64,000 bases of DNA from Escherichia coli (GTDB lineage: Bacteria; Pseudomonadota; Gammaproteobacteria; Enterobacterales; Enterobacteriaceae): NCBI RefSeq assembly GCF_041248615.1, contig NZ_CP158426.1; one strand, 5' to 3'. Position numbers and translations under genes: made by a program. Shown piece by piece: positions 20,115 to 33,201 of the stretch (its first letter is position 1; each line of letters starts with the position of its first letter). Below the pieces are notes generated by a model. The model saw only the letters and a list, made by a program, of their open reading frames with translations, ran no database searches and was not told the DNA's origin.

Positions 20115-20747
20115 ATGAAACCAACGTCGGTGATCATTATGGATACTCATCCTATCATCAGAATGTCTATTGAAGTTCTGTTGCAAAAAAACAATGAATT
20201 GCAAATTGTCCTGAAAACGGATGATTATCGCATAACCATCGATTATCTCCGAACCCGTCCTGTTGATTTAATTATTATGGATATAGACTTGCCCGGAACA
20301 GACGGTTTTACCTTCCTGAAAAGGATCAAACAAATCCAGAGCACAGTGAAAGTATTATTTTTATCATCGAAATCAGAATGCTTTTATGCTGGCAGAGCGA
20401 TACAAGCTGGTGCTAACGGTTTTGTCAGTAAATGCAATGATCAGAATGATATTTTTCACGCCGTTCAGATGATCCTCTCCGGATACACTTTTTTCCCCAG
20501 CGAAACGCTCAACTATATAAAAAGCAATAAATGCAGTACGAATAGTTCAACGGTCACGGTGCTATCTAATCGTGAAGTGACCATATTACGTTATCTGGTT
20601 AGCGGATTATCCAATAAAGAAATTGCCGATAAGTTATTACTTAGCAATAAAACAGTTAGTGCGCATAAATCTAATATTTATGGCAAGCTAGGTTTGCATT
20701 CAATTGTAGAGCTTATCGACTACGCCAAATTATATGAATTAATATAA
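20115..20747 (+). CDS. fimZ: FimZ, LuxR/NarL-family response regulator (210 aa from MKPTSVIIMD)
   Basis: Receiver domain (DLIIMDIDLPGTDG) plus C-terminal LuxR-type helix-turn-helix (LSNREVTILRYLVSGLSNKEIADKL). Confidence 0.85.
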   Translation: MKPTSVIIMDTHPIIRMSIEVLLQKNNELQIVLKTDDYRITIDYLRTRPVDLIIMDIDLPGTDGFTFLKRIKQIQSTVKVLFLSSKSECFYAGRAIQAGANGFVSKCNDQNDIFHAVQMILSGYTFFPSETLNYIKSNKCSTNSSTVTVLSNREVTILRYLVSGLSNKEIADKLLLSNKTVSAHKSNIYGKLGLHSIVELIDYAKLYELI

Positions 20748-20749
20748 TA

Positions 20750-21265
20750 TTAATTATAATTGATCATAAATATCGCATCCGCTTTCGCCACACCTGGCTG
20801 AACACCGCTGGCTAACGCTCGATAATTGGCAAAAAAGTTTAGTGTGACATTGCCATTTGCATCTACTTCCTCAGTCGGGCTCGCCTCCCCCAGTGCGAGC
20901 CGGGAGCGATCGCTATTACGTAATTCGATGGCGACGGTTTGTGCCATTGCGGGATCATCCAGAGCCAGCAGGTTGGCATCAGATGCCGGCGTTCCCGTAA
21001 ATAAAATCGCAACTGAACCCGGAGGACATCCCTCCAGCCGCAGGCTAAAAGGGACGAGTGCCGTGGTATCGCCAGCGCTCAGTAATTGTGTCGTAGGCCA
21101 TCTGCCTAAATCTACCGTCTTATCCTTATCCGCTGTGTTTACGGTACAGGAGAAATCAACAACGTTACCGTGCAAATTGATATTAATCGTTCCTAAAGGG
21201 TCAACTGCCCATCCACTGGAACTCCACAGTAGCCCGCAGAAACAGCTAAAGAGTACTCTTCTCAT
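20750..21265 (-). CDS. sfmF: Fimbrial minor subunit SfmF (171 aa)
   Basis: Signal peptide then fimbrial-type C-terminus; last gene of the sfm operon. Confidence 0.75.
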   Translation of the reverse strand: MRRVLFSCFCGLLWSSSGWAVDPLGTININLHGNVVDFSCTVNTADKDKTVDLGRWPTTQLLSAGDTTALVPFSLRLEGCPPGSVAILFTGTPASDANLLALDDPAMAQTVAIELRNSDRSRLALGEASPTEEVDANGNVTLNFFANYRALASGVQPGVAKADAIFMINYN

Positions 21266-21275
21266 TCTCCGTACC

Positions 21276-22283
21276 TCATTGATAATCGACGCGTAAATAC
21301 CCCAGCGCGCTAAACGGCCCTTCGGTCGGTTTTTGACCGGTAATACTGATAGGCCAGGCGCGAAGTGTGACATTGGCTGCCGCAGCTGCATCCAGACGGA
21401 AAGGAATAACGCTATTGAGATCGTTAGGCGTGATCGGCGTATCGTTCTGATCGGCCACAATAAAACCTAAATCCTGATTGTCCGACACCATCGCCTGACC
21501 AGAAACGGCACTGGCTTCCAGACGCATTGTTAAATAAGCCTGCGCAGCAACATTCGTACATTTGATCGCAATGCTCTTGGTTTGCGGCATGACACCAGCT
21601 GGTCGATTCCCCGGCCCTGCCGCACTAAATAACGATGCGCCGATATCACCAAAATCAAATTCAACAATTTGCCCGGCATTTAATTCGCAGTTTTGCGGTA
21701 CTTCAACCCGGCCACCAAAACTAATGGTATAAACAGGTGTAACCAACGGATCGTTAGGCGTTGATGTCACATACACGGTAAACATCACCTGTCTGGGGAT
21801 CTCCACCATGTTAATAAAGGGACGAATAACCTTTAAACGAAATATCAAACGAGAATCCATCACCCCGAACGGAAGGTTTTGCGAAACGTTAGGATCTGTT
21901 CCCATACGAATATAATTTTGCGGGGGGAATTGAATATCCATCACGCTATCAACCAGACTCATCGCACCTAATAGATAATCATTTAATTGCATATATTTAT
22001 AATTATCGATAGTTTCCTGAACAATAAAGTTGGTGACATAACTACGGTATGTATAATTCACCAGCGTGCCGGGTGGACAAATTGCTGATACACCTACCCA
22101 GCCGGATTTTTCCGGTAAAATAACAATCTGCCCTGGCTGGTTATTGGTGCTATTAAAGACATTTGAGAGATCATAGTGTTCATCTTCTGCTACGCCAGTA
22201 CTATTTGCACAAACAGTAGCCCAGGATATGTTTGTTAACCACAAACATGCCATCGCCAATAATAATCTGCAGATTATCTTCAT
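21276..22283 (-). CDS. sfmH: Fimbrial adhesin-like protein SfmH
   Basis: Signal peptide MKIICRLLLAMACLWLTNISWA; lies between usher and sfmF. Confidence 0.75.
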   Translation of the reverse strand: MKIICRLLLAMACLWLTNISWATVCANSTGVAEDEHYDLSNVFNSTNNQPGQIVILPEKSGWVGVSAICPPGTLVNYTYRSYVTNFIVQETIDNYKYMQLNDYLLGAMSLVDSVMDIQFPPQNYIRMGTDPNVSQNLPFGVMDSRLIFRLKVIRPFINMVEIPRQVMFTVYVTSTPNDPLVTPVYTISFGGRVEVPQNCELNAGQIVEFDFGDIGASLFSAAGPGNRPAGVMPQTKSIAIKCTNVAAQAYLTMRLEASAVSGQAMVSDNQDLGFIVADQNDTPITPNDLNSVIPFRLDAAAAANVTLRAWPISITGQKPTEGPFSALGYLRVDYQ

Positions 22284-22295
22284 TGATAATTTCCT

Positions 22296-24905
22296 TTATG
22301 AGCCAGGATGTGTGCAAACTGCCGAAATAACAGTGACGGCTTGCTGTAAGCTTTGCTTCGGCAATACATAGTGCGCAATGCAGCGTGAGTTCGCGCCGTC
22401 TCCCCACTGAACCAGTAATTCACCAGACAATGGCGCACCACTTAAATAAACTTGCCCGTCATCACCCACCATACTGGTTATTCCGGTACTGTTTTCCCGT
22501 ACCAGTGATCCAAACGGCACCGGTTTTCCGCCCTGGGTAACGGTAATGAGCGCCCGCACGCCTATGCGGGTATCAAAATTGGCACGAACCAACGCGCCTT
22601 GCGTCGGCACAACGCTGCTAATATTTTTTTCAACATCGATGGAATTCCCCATCGTATTGGTATCAAGCGCGATACGGTTATACCGATAAACCGTGGCATA
22701 CGGCATCACCGCATAGCCGCGCCAGTCGGTTAAAATTCCAGTTTGATTTTCAATGCGTACACCGCCTGCGCCAGGCGCTTTAATCAAAACATTGGTATCC
22801 CCTAAAGGCTGGCTCAGCGTTATACCATTTTCATGCCCGACCACACCGCCAGACAGCTGCCAGTTAACGTCATGTTGATCGCGGTCGTAGTTATACCCGA
22901 CCCCCAGCGTACCGTAAGCGGCCTGCCAGTTTGCCGTGGCGCTGCCCGTGTACCCATTATTCGAGGTATCGCCCTGGCTTACGTGATAACTCAGGTTGTG
23001 GCCTTCCAGTAAGGTCCCACCAACGCCTGCCAGCCAGCTATTTTGGCCGTTGCTGTTACGGTTGGCGTTAAAGGAGGCATAAGCGCGATCGAGCGCATTT
23101 TCCCGGGTGTAGCGACGTTTGGTCAGAACATTGAAAGGCACTGAAACATTAAGTCCGACAATACGTTCGTTATCGGGGATCCCTACAGATTCATTCCACG
23201 AAAATGAGAGTGAATAACTGATGCCAACCCAGCTGCTGGTATACCCCACCTGATACCACGTATCTGAATCCGAAGTATTCCAGTATTTTTGATGGGTACC
23301 AGAGATATAAAGCGAGCCAAAGTCATTAAGTGATTGTGAAATATTTAACTGCAAACGGTCTTTACGGCTAAAGCGTAAATTGTGGTAATTCACGATTATC
23401 GGTTCATCGCGATGCTCACCGTCATAATCGTAATCATATTCGTACCCCTCCATTCGACGATACGCAACATCATCAAGGGTATAAAAACCTTGTGTCGAAT
23501 AGCGGTAACCCATTAACTGAAAATTGGTGCCGAAAGTGTTCATTGATTTCGCATAGAGGAAGCGAATGGAATCCCCCTCATGACGACTGTCGTCGGCTAA
23601 CTGACTGCGCGCATGCGTTACATCCAGCGACACTGCGCCCCAGTTCCCGAGATTGCGCCCCAGCCCTAATAAAAAGGCGGTGTAATTTGCAGATAATTGC
23701 GTCCCGCCGTAGGCAGTAAATTCCTGTGGTAAACCGCCGAGTGCCGTGCCCTGAAAAAAGAAAGGCGACGATTGCTGACTATTACCGCTACGAAAATCGC
23801 CCGCCGTCAGGTCAAATTTGAAACGCCCTTCGCGTTGTAAAATCGGCACTGTTGAATACGGAATTGTGTAATTCTGCTGATTGCCATCGCGCTCGTCGAT
23901 GGTGACATCCAGATCGCCATTTGAAGATGTCGGGTGCAAATCTGTAATTTCAAAAGCGCCGGGGGAAACATAGCTTTGATAGATAATAAAACCATTTTGC
24001 CGAATCGTTAGCTGGGCCGCCGTACGGGCAATCCCACGTACCGTTGGGGCAAACCCTTGCTGGCTATCAGGATACATATTATCGGAAGAGTAAAGCCGTA
24101 CACCACGAAATCCAACGCCATCGAAAATATCACTTCCTGTATTGCCGTCTCCCATTACCAGTTCACTTTTCAGCGGAATAATGGCGCGCTGTACCCAGGT
24201 GCCAATATTATTCCACTGTTCTGAATGATATCCATTTCCGCGAAAATAGTTCCAGGAACCATTGTTGCGTAAACGCCACGGGCCAATATTAATCCCGCTG
24301 AGCTCACTAAAAAAATAGCTATCGTTACCATTACCTCTGTTACCGGTGAAATTATAATTCAGGAGTAAAGCAGGAATACCTTCATCCCACTCTTCAGGCG
24401 GAATGTAACCGTGAGCGCTACTCAACAACGCTATCTGAGGAATAGTGATGTTCAGGCGCATCGCTGCAAAATCAAAGTTAATTGTGGCATCAGGTACAGC
24501 TTTCAGTAAATTAATGCATTTATTATTTTGCTGCTGGGCTAACTCGGGGAATGCACTGCTATTAAGGCCAATTCGTTCAAGGAGTGCCTGATTAAAACAA
24601 GGCATTAACCCACCTGATTTATCACCTGTATTTACTGTCGTCGATTCAAATACGATATCCTGTGAACCAATGAACTCATCATTACGCCAGAGATCCACCC
24701 GATACACGCCCGCAGGTTGATGATTACCTCTCTCAAAGCGCGATAAATCAGCAACGGATGTGCCATTCTCTAATAAAAATGCCGGGTTGAAATAACTTTC
24801 CGCATAGCTTAAAAAGGAGGGTAAAATGGCAAGAGATGAATAACAAATTCCGGCCAGACACCAGGTATACCTCTGCGGAATATCCGTAGTAGTGGGTATT
24901 TTCAT
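22296..24905 (-). CDS. sfmD: Fimbrial outer-membrane usher SfmD (869 aa)
   Basis: Large usher-sized protein in chaperone-usher operon context. Confidence 0.85.
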   Translation of the reverse strand: MKIPTTTDIPQRYTWCLAGICYSSLAILPSFLSYAESYFNPAFLLENGTSVADLSRFERGNHQPAGVYRVDLWRNDEFIGSQDIVFESTTVNTGDKSGGLMPCFNQALLERIGLNSSAFPELAQQQNNKCINLLKAVPDATINFDFAAMRLNITIPQIALLSSAHGYIPPEEWDEGIPALLLNYNFTGNRGNGNDSYFFSELSGINIGPWRLRNNGSWNYFRGNGYHSEQWNNIGTWVQRAIIPLKSELVMGDGNTGSDIFDGVGFRGVRLYSSDNMYPDSQQGFAPTVRGIARTAAQLTIRQNGFIIYQSYVSPGAFEITDLHPTSSNGDLDVTIDERDGNQQNYTIPYSTVPILQREGRFKFDLTAGDFRSGNSQQSSPFFFQGTALGGLPQEFTAYGGTQLSANYTAFLLGLGRNLGNWGAVSLDVTHARSQLADDSRHEGDSIRFLYAKSMNTFGTNFQLMGYRYSTQGFYTLDDVAYRRMEGYEYDYDYDGEHRDEPIIVNYHNLRFSRKDRLQLNISQSLNDFGSLYISGTHQKYWNTSDSDTWYQVGYTSSWVGISYSLSFSWNESVGIPDNERIVGLNVSVPFNVLTKRRYTRENALDRAYASFNANRNSNGQNSWLAGVGGTLLEGHNLSYHVSQGDTSNNGYTGSATANWQAAYGTLGVGYNYDRDQHDVNWQLSGGVVGHENGITLSQPLGDTNVLIKAPGAGGVRIENQTGILTDWRGYAVMPYATVYRYNRIALDTNTMGNSIDVEKNISSVVPTQGALVRANFDTRIGVRALITVTQGGKPVPFGSLVRENSTGITSMVGDDGQVYLSGAPLSGELLVQWGDGANSRCIAHYVLPKQSLQQAVTVISAVCTHPGS

Positions 24906-24935
24906 AATTAGCTCTGATATTGTCAGATGATTCGG

Positions 24936-25628
24936 TTAGTTTAAGTTCACTTCTCTGACCGGGGTTACTGAACCATAATCATTAACGGTCTGAAATTTCA
25001 GCTTTCCCTGCACTCCTGAGGGTAAGGGAATTTGTGAATTAACTCTGGGTGCAGCCATAGCATTCCCCAGTTTTTGGCTGCCCACTTGCAAGTTAACCAG
25101 GGTGACATAAAAAGGTGATGGATTATGAACATTGATATAGTTACCGGATCGCGAAAACTTGAGTGTGTCCGGCGCTTCTGCGGGTAATTCTTGTAATTGA
25201 ATTGGACGGAGAAATAATTTCATGCGCGATAAAATCGCCAGTTGCAAAACATTCCTGCCGTTCAATGCATTTTTATCTACCGAAGGGATCGTCTTAACAT
25301 TCATCCAGAACAGAGACTCACGATCTGCCGCCAGCGGTGGACCGGTGTAAATAATACGCAAAGTATTTTCGCTTTTGGGTTCACTAACAAACAGTGGCGG
25401 TGTAATGATGAATGACTTTTCTTTTACACCGCTGCTGTTTTCAATCCACGAATTGACCAGAAAGCGCTCATTGGTATGGCTATTTCTAATCCATACCGCA
25501 GTCTGTTTAGCATCAGCGGAATAAATAATACGCGTGGCACCTAATGCGATCCCTCCGGCAGCATGGGCGCTGGCCGAAATGATTAAATAAAATATAATGA
25601 GCATCAATAACTTTATTTTAGTCATCAT
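24936..25628 (-). CDS. sfmC: Periplasmic fimbrial chaperone SfmC (230 aa)
   Basis: Signal peptide and PapD-like chaperone size and position. Confidence 0.85.
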   Translation of the reverse strand: MMTKIKLLMLIIFYLIISASAHAAGGIALGATRIIYSADAKQTAVWIRNSHTNERFLVNSWIENSSGVKEKSFIITPPLFVSEPKSENTLRIIYTGPPLAADRESLFWMNVKTIPSVDKNALNGRNVLQLAILSRMKLFLRPIQLQELPAEAPDTLKFSRSGNYINVHNPSPFYVTLVNLQVGSQKLGNAMAAPRVNSQIPLPSGVQGKLKFQTVNDYGSVTPVREVNLN

Positions 25629-25847
25629 AGTTAATACGCCTTGTGTATTCCTGACGGCAAAAATAAGGAGTATAAAGAAATGATTGCTTTGGTTTCTTAC
25701 AACACATCATTCCCTTTTCATTTAATAAAGCGGCATGATACAAAGTGAGCGTGATTTCGATTTACATTGCCACCATACCGCTTCAGACAACCGGTACATT
25801 ACTTTGTTATAAGACGTGATATATAATTCAAAACAACGTGGTTTTGA

Positions 25848-26390
25848 TTATTCGTATCTCATAATAAAAGTCGCGTCAGCATTTGCTTGCCCTGCTGATG
25901 CACTTGTACCGGTGCCTTTATAACGTGCAGAAAAATGAAGAACGTTGGTCCCGGGGATCAAGTTCTGGTTGGTTGAGAAGCTATTCCCATCAGGTTTGAG
26001 AATTGCGGATGTATTATCAAGTATTTCAATACCGACACCCGTTGCTGTTGTTGTATTGGTACTGGATGCAATGGCCAATAAATTATCATTGATTGCATCA
26101 GCCTGACCAGAAAATGCAACGGCAGCATTAGCGGCAACAACAGGATCGCAGTCGTTCAACTGTATAGTGAATGGAATTAATGCAGAGGTATTACCAACAG
26201 CATTGAAAATATCGGTACGATATTGACCGAGTGTGACAACCTGGTCTGCCGAGTCAGTATTCACTGAACAGGCAGCATTCACCAGTTCGCCTTCAAAGTG
26301 AATTGTACCGCCATCTACAACGGCAGCATAACTACCCGTAGCGGCGAATAGTGCGGCGGCCAGCGCAGACGAAATAAATCTTAATTTCAT
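25848..26390 (-). CDS. sfmA: Type 1-like fimbrial major subunit SfmA (180 aa from [16 protein letters not shown])
   Basis: Signal peptide and fimbrin C-terminal motif. Confidence 0.8.
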   Translation of the reverse strand: MKLRFISSALAAALFAATGSYAAVVDGGTIHFEGELVNAACSVNTDSADQVVTLGQYRTDIFNAVGNTSALIPFTIQLNDCDPVVAANAAVAFSGQADAINDNLLAIASSTNTTTATGVGIEILDNTSAILKPDGNSFSTNQNLIPGTNVLHFSARYKGTGTSASAGQANADATFIMRYE

Positions 26391-26860
26391 ATATATTCCT
26401 TCAATCTCATTTATCGACTCCACATCCGTATATAACCGATTACTTTATTTAAGACACTGATAGTAGTAAATTCCTTTTTATCCTCTAAGAATGTCTTAAT
26501 TGAAAATATGCACTCTATTCTAAAAAATAGAGAGCCCCGTTAGATGAATACTTCCGCGCAAAATATATTCAACACAAATATAGACCTGAAGCGGTAAATT
26601 ACCAGGCTGAAAATTCTTTTTATATTGTCAGGTATTTCTTAAATTATCTTAATCCTTTGACAAGGAAATAAGTCAGTTCCAGATTTACAACGCCATCATG
26701 GACGAAAAATGAAGCTTTCAATCTCAGCGACAGTACGCCTCACCTTCGCACGAGGTCGCTTCACGCGATAAATCTGAAACGAAACCTGACAGCGCGCCCC
26801 GCTTCTGACAAAATAGGCGCATCCCCTTCGACCTACGTAACAGATGGAATCCTCTCTCTG

Positions 26861-27727
26861 ATGGCAGCAAAGATTATTGACGGTAAAACGATTGCGCAGC
26901 AGGTGCGCTCTGAAGTTGCTCAAAAAGTTCAGGCGCGTATTGCAGCCGGACTGCGGGCACCAGGACTGGCCGTTGTGCTGGTGGGTAGTAACCCTGCATC
27001 GCAAATTTATGTCGCAAGCAAACGCAAGGCTTGTGAAGAAGTCGGGTTCGTCTCCCGCTCTTATGACCTCCCGGAAACCACCAGCGAAGCGGAGCTGCTG
27101 GAGCTTATCGATGCGCTGAATGCCGACAACACCATTGATGGCATTCTGGTTCAACTGCCGTTACCGGCGGGTATTGATAACGTCAAAGTACTGGAACGTA
27201 TTCACCCGGACAAAGACGTAGACGGTTTCCATCCTTATAACGTCGGTCGCCTGTGCCAGCGCGCGCCGCGTCTGCGTCCCTGCACCCCGCGTGGTATCGT
27301 CACACTGCTTGAGCGTTACAACATTGATACCTTCGGCCTTAACGCCGTGGTGATTGGCGCATCGAATATCGTCGGTCGCCCAATGAGCATGGAACTGTTG
27401 CTCGCAGGTTGCACCACCACCGTGACTCACCGCTTCACTAAAAATCTGCGTCATCACGTAGAAAATGCCGATCTATTGATCGTTGCCGTCGGTAAGCCAG
27501 GCTTTATTCCCGGTGACTGGATCAAAGAAGGCGCAATTGTGATTGATGTCGGCATCAACCGTCTGGAAAATGGCAAAGTTGTGGGCGACGTCGTGTTTGA
27601 AGACGCGGCTAAACGCGCCTCATACATTACGCCCGTACCCGGCGGCGTTGGCCCGATGACGGTTGCCACGCTGATTGAAAACACGCTACAGGCGTGCGTT
27701 GAATATCATGATCCACAGGGTGAGTAA
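26861..27727 (+). CDS. folD: Bifunctional methylenetetrahydrofolate dehydrogenase/cyclohydrolase FolD (288 aa)
   Basis: [19 protein letters not shown]... and the characteristic [11 protein letters not shown] motif. Confidence 0.95.
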
Positions 27728-27728
27728 C

Positions 27729-27941
27729 ATGGCGACATTTTCTTTAGGTAAACATCCGCACGTTGAGCTGTGCGACTTGCTGAAACTGGAAGGCTGGAGC
27801 GAAAGCGGCGCGCAGGCGAAAATCGCGATTGCCGAAGGCCAGGTAAAAGTCGACGGTGCGGTTGAAACGCGCAAACGCTGCAAAATCGTCGCCGGTCAGA
27901 CAGTGAGTTTTGCAGGTCACAGCGTACAGGTTGTTGCCTGA
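27729..27941 (+). CDS. ybcJ: S4-like RNA-binding protein YbcJ (70 aa)
   Basis: MATFSLGKHPHVELCDLLKLEGWSESGAQAKIAIAEGQVKVDGAVETRKRCKIVAGQTVSF. Confidence 0.8.
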   Translation: MATFSLGKHPHVELCDLLKLEGWSESGAQAKIAIAEGQVKVDGAVETRKRCKIVAGQTVSFAGHSVQVVA

Positions 27942-28048
27942 TCCCTTCCCCGGCCTGTATCAACAGGCCGGTTCTCTTTTCAGACTTTTGCCCTCTACGC
28001 CCCGTTCATCCATGCTGATAGCATCGACATTTTGCCGAAGGGACCATC

Positions 28049-28570
28049 ATGCCAACCGTTATTACGCACGCCGCCGTTCCCCTTTGCATTGGTTTAGGGT
28101 TGGGTTCGAAAGTCATCCCTCCGCGCCTGTTATTTGCCGGAATCATCCTGGCGATGCTGCCCGATGCCGACGTCTTGTCGTTTAAATTTGGCGTTGCTTA
28201 CGGCAATGTTTTTGGTCATCGCGGGTTTACCCATTCGCTGGTGTTTGCGTTTGTTGTCCCGCTGTTATGTGTGCTGATTGGACGCCGATGGTTCAGGGCT
28301 GGGCTGATTCGCTGCTGGCTGTTTTTAACCGTCTCGTTGCTATCGCACAGCTTGCTGGATTCGGTAACCACTGGCGGTAAAGGGGTTGGCTGGCTGTGGC
28401 CGTGGTCAGATGAACGCTTTTTCGCTCCCTGGCAGGTGATTAAAGTCGCGCCGTTTGCATTGTCTCGTTACAGCACACCGTACGGGCATCAGGTGATTAT
28501 TTCTGAATTGATGTGGGTGTGGTTGCCGGGGATGCTACTGATGGGAATGTTGTGGTGGCGCAGACGATAA
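28049..28570 (+). CDS. ybcI: Inner-membrane metal-dependent hydrolase-like protein YbcI (173 aa)
   Basis: Polytopic membrane ORF at the conserved position. Confidence 0.75.
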   Translation: MPTVITHAAVPLCIGLGLGSKVIPPRLLFAGIILAMLPDADVLSFKFGVAYGNVFGHRGFTHSLVFAFVVPLLCVLIGRRWFRAGLIRCWLFLTVSLLSHSLLDSVTTGGKGVGWLWPWSDERFFAPWQVIKVAPFALSRYSTPYGHQVIISELMWVWLPGMLLMGMLWWRRR

Positions 28571-28605
28571 CCGGATGCGAAAACTCGCATCCGGCAATAG
28601 CGCAA

Positions 28606-29991
28606 TTACTTACGACGCCAGGTGGTCCCTTGCGGGCCATCTTCCAGCACGATCCCCATCTCGTTAAGACGGTCACGCGCCGCATCTGCCGCCGCCCAGT
28701 CTTTCGCTTTACGGGCATCCAGACGCTGTTGAATTAACGCTTCAATCTCAGCCACTTCGCTGTCGTCTGCCTGCGCGCCGCTTTGCAGGAACGCTTCCGG
28801 TTCTTGCTCCAGCAGGCCCAATACGGAGGAAAGTTTACGCAGATGAGACGCCATCGCGTTTGCCGCTGCCATATCTTCTGCTTTCAGACGGTTTACTTCA
28901 CGCGCCATATCAAACAGCACGGAATAGGCTTCCGGGGTGTTGAAATCGTCGTCCATCGCTTCAATAAAGCGCGCTTCAAACGCTTCGCCACCCGCAGGCG
29001 CAACGGTTTTATCGGTGCCGCGCAGCGCAGTGTAGAGACGCTCCAGCGCCGCACGCGCCTGCTTCAGGTTCTCTTCGCTGTAGTTCAGCTGGCTGCGATA
29101 GTGGCCCGACATCAGGAAGTAACGCACGGTTTCGGCATCGTAGTATTTCAGCACATCGCGCACGGTGAAGAAGTTACCCAGCGATTTGGACATCTTCTCG
29201 CGGTCAACCATTACCATCCCGGAGTGCATCCAGTAGTTCACATACTGACCATCATGCGCACAGGTGGACTGAGCGATTTCGTTTTCGTGGTGTGGGAACA
29301 TCAGGTCAGAACCGCCGCCGTGGATATCAAAGTGGTTCCCCAGCTGCTTGCAGTTCATTGCCGAACATTCAATGTGCCAGCCTGGACGGCCCGGGCCCCA
29401 CGGCGACGGCCAGCTCGGTTCGCCCTCTTTCGACATCTTCCACAGAACGAAATCCATCGGGTTGCGTTTGTCGTCGACCACGTCAACGCGCGCGCCTGCC
29501 TGCAGCTGGTCGAGATCCTGACGCGACAGCACGCCATATGTCGGATCGGTCGGTACGTCAAACATCACGTCGCCGTTGTCCGCCACATAAGCGTGACCTT
29601 TGGCGATCAGTTGTTCAGTGAGTTCAATAATTTCTGCGATATGGTGCGTCGCGCGCGGCTCCATATCCGGGCGCAGAATGTTCAAAGCATCAAAATCTTT
29701 GTGCATTTCGGCGATCATGCGATCCACCAGCGCCACAAAGCTTTCGCCATTTTCATTGGCGCGTTTGATGATTTTGTCGTCGATATCGGTAATGTTGCGC
29801 ACATACTTCAGCTTATAGCCGAGGAAACGCAGATAGCGCGCAACCACGTCAAAAGCAACAAAGGTACGCCCGTGACCGATATGACAGAGATCGTAAACGG
29901 TGATTCCACACACGTACATGCCGACTTCCCCGGCGTGAATAGGCTTAAATTCCTCTTTTTGGCGTGTCAGAGTATTGAAGATTTTTAGCAT
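28606..29991 (-). CDS. cysS: Cysteine--tRNA ligase (461 aa)
   Basis: Class I HIGH motif (CHIGHGR) and KMSKS motif. Confidence 0.95.
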   Translation of the reverse strand: MLKIFNTLTRQKEEFKPIHAGEVGMYVCGITVYDLCHIGHGRTFVAFDVVARYLRFLGYKLKYVRNITDIDDKIIKRANENGESFVALVDRMIAEMHKDFDALNILRPDMEPRATHHIAEIIELTEQLIAKGHAYVADNGDVMFDVPTDPTYGVLSRQDLDQLQAGARVDVVDDKRNPMDFVLWKMSKEGEPSWPSPWGPGRPGWHIECSAMNCKQLGNHFDIHGGGSDLMFPHHENEIAQSTCAHDGQYVNYWMHSGMVMVDREKMSKSLGNFFTVRDVLKYYDAETVRYFLMSGHYRSQLNYSEENLKQARAALERLYTALRGTDKTVAPAGGEAFEARFIEAMDDDFNTPEAYSVLFDMAREVNRLKAEDMAAANAMASHLRKLSSVLGLLEQEPEAFLQSGAQADDSEVAEIEALIQQRLDARKAKDWAAADAARDRLNEMGIVLEDGPQGTTWRRK

Positions 29992-30164
29992 CGAAGATTC
30001 CGTTTAGACATGTGTGGGTAATTGAGTTGCGTATAATACCCATATTTCCCGCGCGAATCAGCATACATTGCGTGATGATCCGATCGTGCGGTTATGCTAT
30101 AACACCACCCTATATATGACCCGAACCGGGTTGAAGCACCAATCAAACGGAACAGGATGCAAAA

Positions 30165-30659
30165 ATGGTTACTTTCCACACCAATCACGGCGATATTGTC
30201 ATCAAAACTTTTGACGATAAAGCACCTGAAACAGTTAAAAACTTCCTGGACTACTGCCGCGAAGGTTTTTACAACAACACCATTTTCCACCGTGTTATCA
30301 ACGGCTTTATGATTCAGGGCGGCGGTTTTGAACCGGGTATGAAACAAAAAGCCACCAAAGAACCGATCAAAAACGAAGCCAACAACGGTCTGAAAAATAC
30401 CCGCGGTACGCTGGCAATGGCCCGTACTCAGGCACCGCACTCTGCAACTGCACAGTTCTTCATCAACGTGGTTGATAACGACTTCCTGAACTTCTCTGGC
30501 GAAAGCCTGCAAGGTTGGGGTTACTGCGTGTTTGCTGAAGTGGTTGAAGGCATGGACGTGGTAGACAAAATCAAAGGTGTGGCAACCGGTCGTAGCGGTA
30601 TGCACCAGGACGTGCCAAAAGAAGACGTTATCATTGAAAGCGTGACCGTTAGCGAGTAA
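30165..30659 (+). CDS. ppiB: Peptidyl-prolyl cis-trans isomerase B, cyclophilin type (164 aa)
   Basis: [27 protein letters not shown]...[14 protein letters not shown]. Confidence 0.95.
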   Translation: MVTFHTNHGDIVIKTFDDKAPETVKNFLDYCREGFYNNTIFHRVINGFMIQGGGFEPGMKQKATKEPIKNEANNGLKNTRGTLAMARTQAPHSATAQFFINVVDNDFLNFSGESLQGWGYCVFAEVVEGMDVVDKIKGVATGRSGMHQDVPKEDVIIESVTVSE

Positions 30660-30661
30660 TC

Positions 30662-31384
30662 GTGGCGACACTCTTTATTGCAGATCTTCATCTCTGCGTG
30701 GAAGAACCGGCGATCACCGCCGGTTTTCTGCGTTTTTTAGCGGGGGAAGCCCGCAAGGCCGACGCGCTGTATATTCTTGGCGATCTGTTTGAAGCGTGGA
30801 TTGGCGACGACGATCCCAACCCACTCCATCGCCAGATAGCGGCAGCGATCAAAGCGGTGTCCGATTCCGGCGTTCCCTGTTATTTCATTCATGGCAACCG
30901 TGATTTTCTGCTCGGCAAACGCTTTGCCCGTGAAAGCGGCATGACGTTATTGCCGGAAGAAAAGGTGCTCGAACTTTATGGTCGTCGGGTGTTGATTATG
31001 CATGGCGACACGCTGTGCACCGATGACGCGGGTTATCAGGCTTTTCGCGCCAAAGTCCACAAACCCTGGCTGCAAACGCTATTCCTCGCCCTGCCGTTGT
31101 TTGTGCGCAAACGCATTGCCGCGCGAATGCGAGCGAACAGCAAAGAAGCCAACAGCAGTAAATCGCTGGCGATCATGGACGTTAACCAAAACGCGGTGGT
31201 CAGTGCGATGGAAAAACATCAGGTGCAATGGCTGATTCACGGGCATACCCATCGCCCGGCAGTACATGAACTTATCGCCAATCAGCAACCTGCTTTCCGC
31301 GTCGTGCTGGGTGCCTGGCATACGGAGGGTTCAATGGTGAAAGTCACGGCGGATGACGTTGAGCTGATTCATTTCCCGTTTTAA
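30662..31384 (+). CDS. lpxH: UDP-2,3-diacylglucosamine hydrolase LpxH (240 aa, GTG start)
   Basis: Calcineurin-like phosphoesterase motifs (DLHL, GDLFE, GNRD, GHTH). Confidence 0.9.
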   Translation: MATLFIADLHLCVEEPAITAGFLRFLAGEARKADALYILGDLFEAWIGDDDPNPLHRQIAAAIKAVSDSGVPCYFIHGNRDFLLGKRFARESGMTLLPEEKVLELYGRRVLIMHGDTLCTDDAGYQAFRAKVHKPWLQTLFLALPLFVRKRIAARMRANSKEANSSKSLAIMDVNQNAVVSAMEKHQVQWLIHGHTHRPAVHELIANQQPAFRVVLGAWHTEGSMVKVTADDVELIHFPF

Positions 31385-31414
31385 AAAACCCGCAACTTTG
31401 CTGATTTCACAGCC

Positions 31415-31430
31415 ACGCAACCGTTTTCCT
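31415..31430 (+). promoter_or_regulatory. Putative PurR operator (pur box) upstream of purEK
   Basis: ACGCAACCGTTTTCCT resembles the pur box consensus (ACGCAAACGTTTTCNT-like), ~70 bp upstream of purE. Confidence 0.5.
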
Positions 31431-31501
31431 TGCTCTCTTTCCGTGCTATTCTCTGTGCCCTCTAAAGCCGAGAGTTGTGCACCACAGGAGTTTTAAGACG
31501 C

Positions 31502-32011
31502 ATGTCTTCCCGCAATAATCCGGCGCGTGTCGCCATCGTGATGGGGTCCAAAAGCGACTGGGCTACCATGCAGTTCGCCGCCGAAATCTTCGAAATCCTG
31601 AATGTCCCGCACCACGTTGAAGTGGTTTCTGCTCACCGCACCCCCGATAAACTGTTCAGCTTCGCCGAAAGCGCCGAAGAGAACGGTTATCAGGTGATTA
31701 TTGCGGGCGCAGGCGGCGCAGCGCACCTGCCAGGTATGATTGCCGCCAAAACGCTGGTGCCGGTGCTGGGCGTGCCAGTACAGAGCGCCGCACTGAGCGG
31801 TGTCGATAGCCTCTACTCCATCGTACAAATGCCACGCGGCATTCCGGTGGGTACGCTGGCGATTGGTAAAGCTGGCGCGGCAAACGCGGCATTACTGGCA
31901 GCACAAATTCTTGCGACTCATGATAAAGAACTGCACCAGCGTCTGAATGACTGGCGCAAAGCACAAACTGATGAAGTGCTGGAAAACCCGGACCCGCGAG
32001 GTGCGGCATGA
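31502..32011 (+). CDS. purE: N5-carboxyaminoimidazole ribonucleotide mutase PurE (169 aa)
   Basis: [20 protein letters not shown]... Confidence 0.95.
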   Translation: MSSRNNPARVAIVMGSKSDWATMQFAAEIFEILNVPHHVEVVSAHRTPDKLFSFAESAEENGYQVIIAGAGGAAHLPGMIAAKTLVPVLGVPVQSAALSGVDSLYSIVQMPRGIPVGTLAIGKAGAANAALLAAQILATHDKELHQRLNDWRKAQTDEVLENPDPRGAA

Positions 32012-33075
32012 AACAGGTTTGCGTCCTCGGTAACGGGCAGTTAGGCCGTATGCTGCGTCAGGCAGGCGAACCGTTAGGCATTGCTGTCTGGCCGGTCGGA
32101 CTGGACGCTGAACCGGCGGCGGTGCCTTTTCAACAAAGCGTGATTACCGCTGAGATCGAACGCTGGCCGGAAACCGCATTAACCCGCGAACTGGCGCGCC
32201 ATCCGGCCTTTGTGAACCGCGATGTATTCCCGATTATTGCTGACCGTCTGACTCAGAAGCAGCTTTTCGACAAGCTCCACCTGCCGACCGCACCGTGGCA
32301 GTTACTTGCCGATCGCAGCGAGTGGACTGCGGTGTTTGATCGTTTAGGTGAGCTGGCGATTGTTAAGCGTCGCACTGGTGGCTATGACGGTCGCGGTCAA
32401 TGGCGTTTACGCACCGATGAAACCGAACAGTTACCGGCAGAGTGTTACGGCGAATGTATTGTCGAGCAGGGCATTAACTTCTCTGGCGAAGTGTCGCTGG
32501 TTGGCGCGCGCGGCTTTGATGGTAGCACCGTGTTTTATCCGCTGACGCATAACCTGCATCAGGACGGTATTTTGCGTACCAGCGTCGCTTTCCCGCAGGC
32601 CAATGCGCAGCAGCAAGCGCAAGCCGAAGATATGCTGTCGGCGATTATGCAGGAGCTGGGCTATGTGGGCGTGATGGCGATGGAGTGTTTTGTCACCCCG
32701 CAAGGTCTGCTGATCAACGAACTGGCTCCGCGTGTGCATAACAGTGGTCACTGGACGCAAAACGGTGCCAGCATCAGCCAGTTTGAGCTGCATCTGCGGG
32801 CGATTACCGATCTGCCGTTACCGCAACCGGTAGTGAATAGTCCGTCGGTGATGATCAACCTGATTGGTAGCGATGTGAATTATGACTGGCTGAAATTGCC
32901 GCTGGTGCATCTGCACTGGTACGACAAAGAAGTCCGTCCGGGGCGTAAAGTGGGGCATCTGAATTTAACCGACAGCGACACATCGCGTCTGACCGCGACG
33001 CTGGAAGCCTTAATCCCGCTGCTGCCGCCGGAGTATGCCAGCGGCGTGATGTGGGCGCAGAGTAAGTTCAGTTAA
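32008..33075 (+). CDS. purK: N5-carboxyaminoimidazole ribonucleotide synthase PurK (355 aa)
   Basis: ATP-grasp protein overlapping the purE stop by 4 nt. Confidence 0.95.
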   Translation: MKQVCVLGNGQLGRMLRQAGEPLGIAVWPVGLDAEPAAVPFQQSVITAEIERWPETALTRELARHPAFVNRDVFPIIADRLTQKQLFDKLHLPTAPWQLLADRSEWTAVFDRLGELAIVKRRTGGYDGRGQWRLRTDETEQLPAECYGECIVEQGINFSGEVSLVGARGFDGSTVFYPLTHNLHQDGILRTSVAFPQANAQQQAQAEDMLSAIMQELGYVGVMAMECFVTPQGLLINELAPRVHNSGHWTQNGASISQFELHLRAITDLPLPQPVVNSPSVMINLIGSDVNYDWLKLPLVHLHWYDKEVRPGRKVGHLNLTDSDTSRLTATLEALIPLLPPEYASGVMWAQSKFS

Positions 33076-33099
33076 CCTGGTGCTCATATTCTTACCGGA

Positions 33100-33195
33100 T
33101 TCGGCGTGAACGCCTTATCCGGCTTAACGCTCCGGTACCCATTGTAGGCCTGATAAGACGCGTCAAGCGTCGCATCAGGCACAAATGTCTAATGC
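33100..33195. repeat. REP / BIME palindromic units
   Basis: CCGGATTCGGCGTGAACGCCTTATCCGGC and GTAGGCCTGATAAGACGCG...CGCATCAGGC motifs. Confidence 0.8.
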
Positions 33196-33201
33196 CTACG
33201 A

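Noticed and set aside
28783..29988. 401-aa plus-strand ORF
   Set aside because: Entirely antisense to cysS, whose protein has clear class I synthetase motifs. The antisense frame is a low-complexity R/H/F-rich translation.
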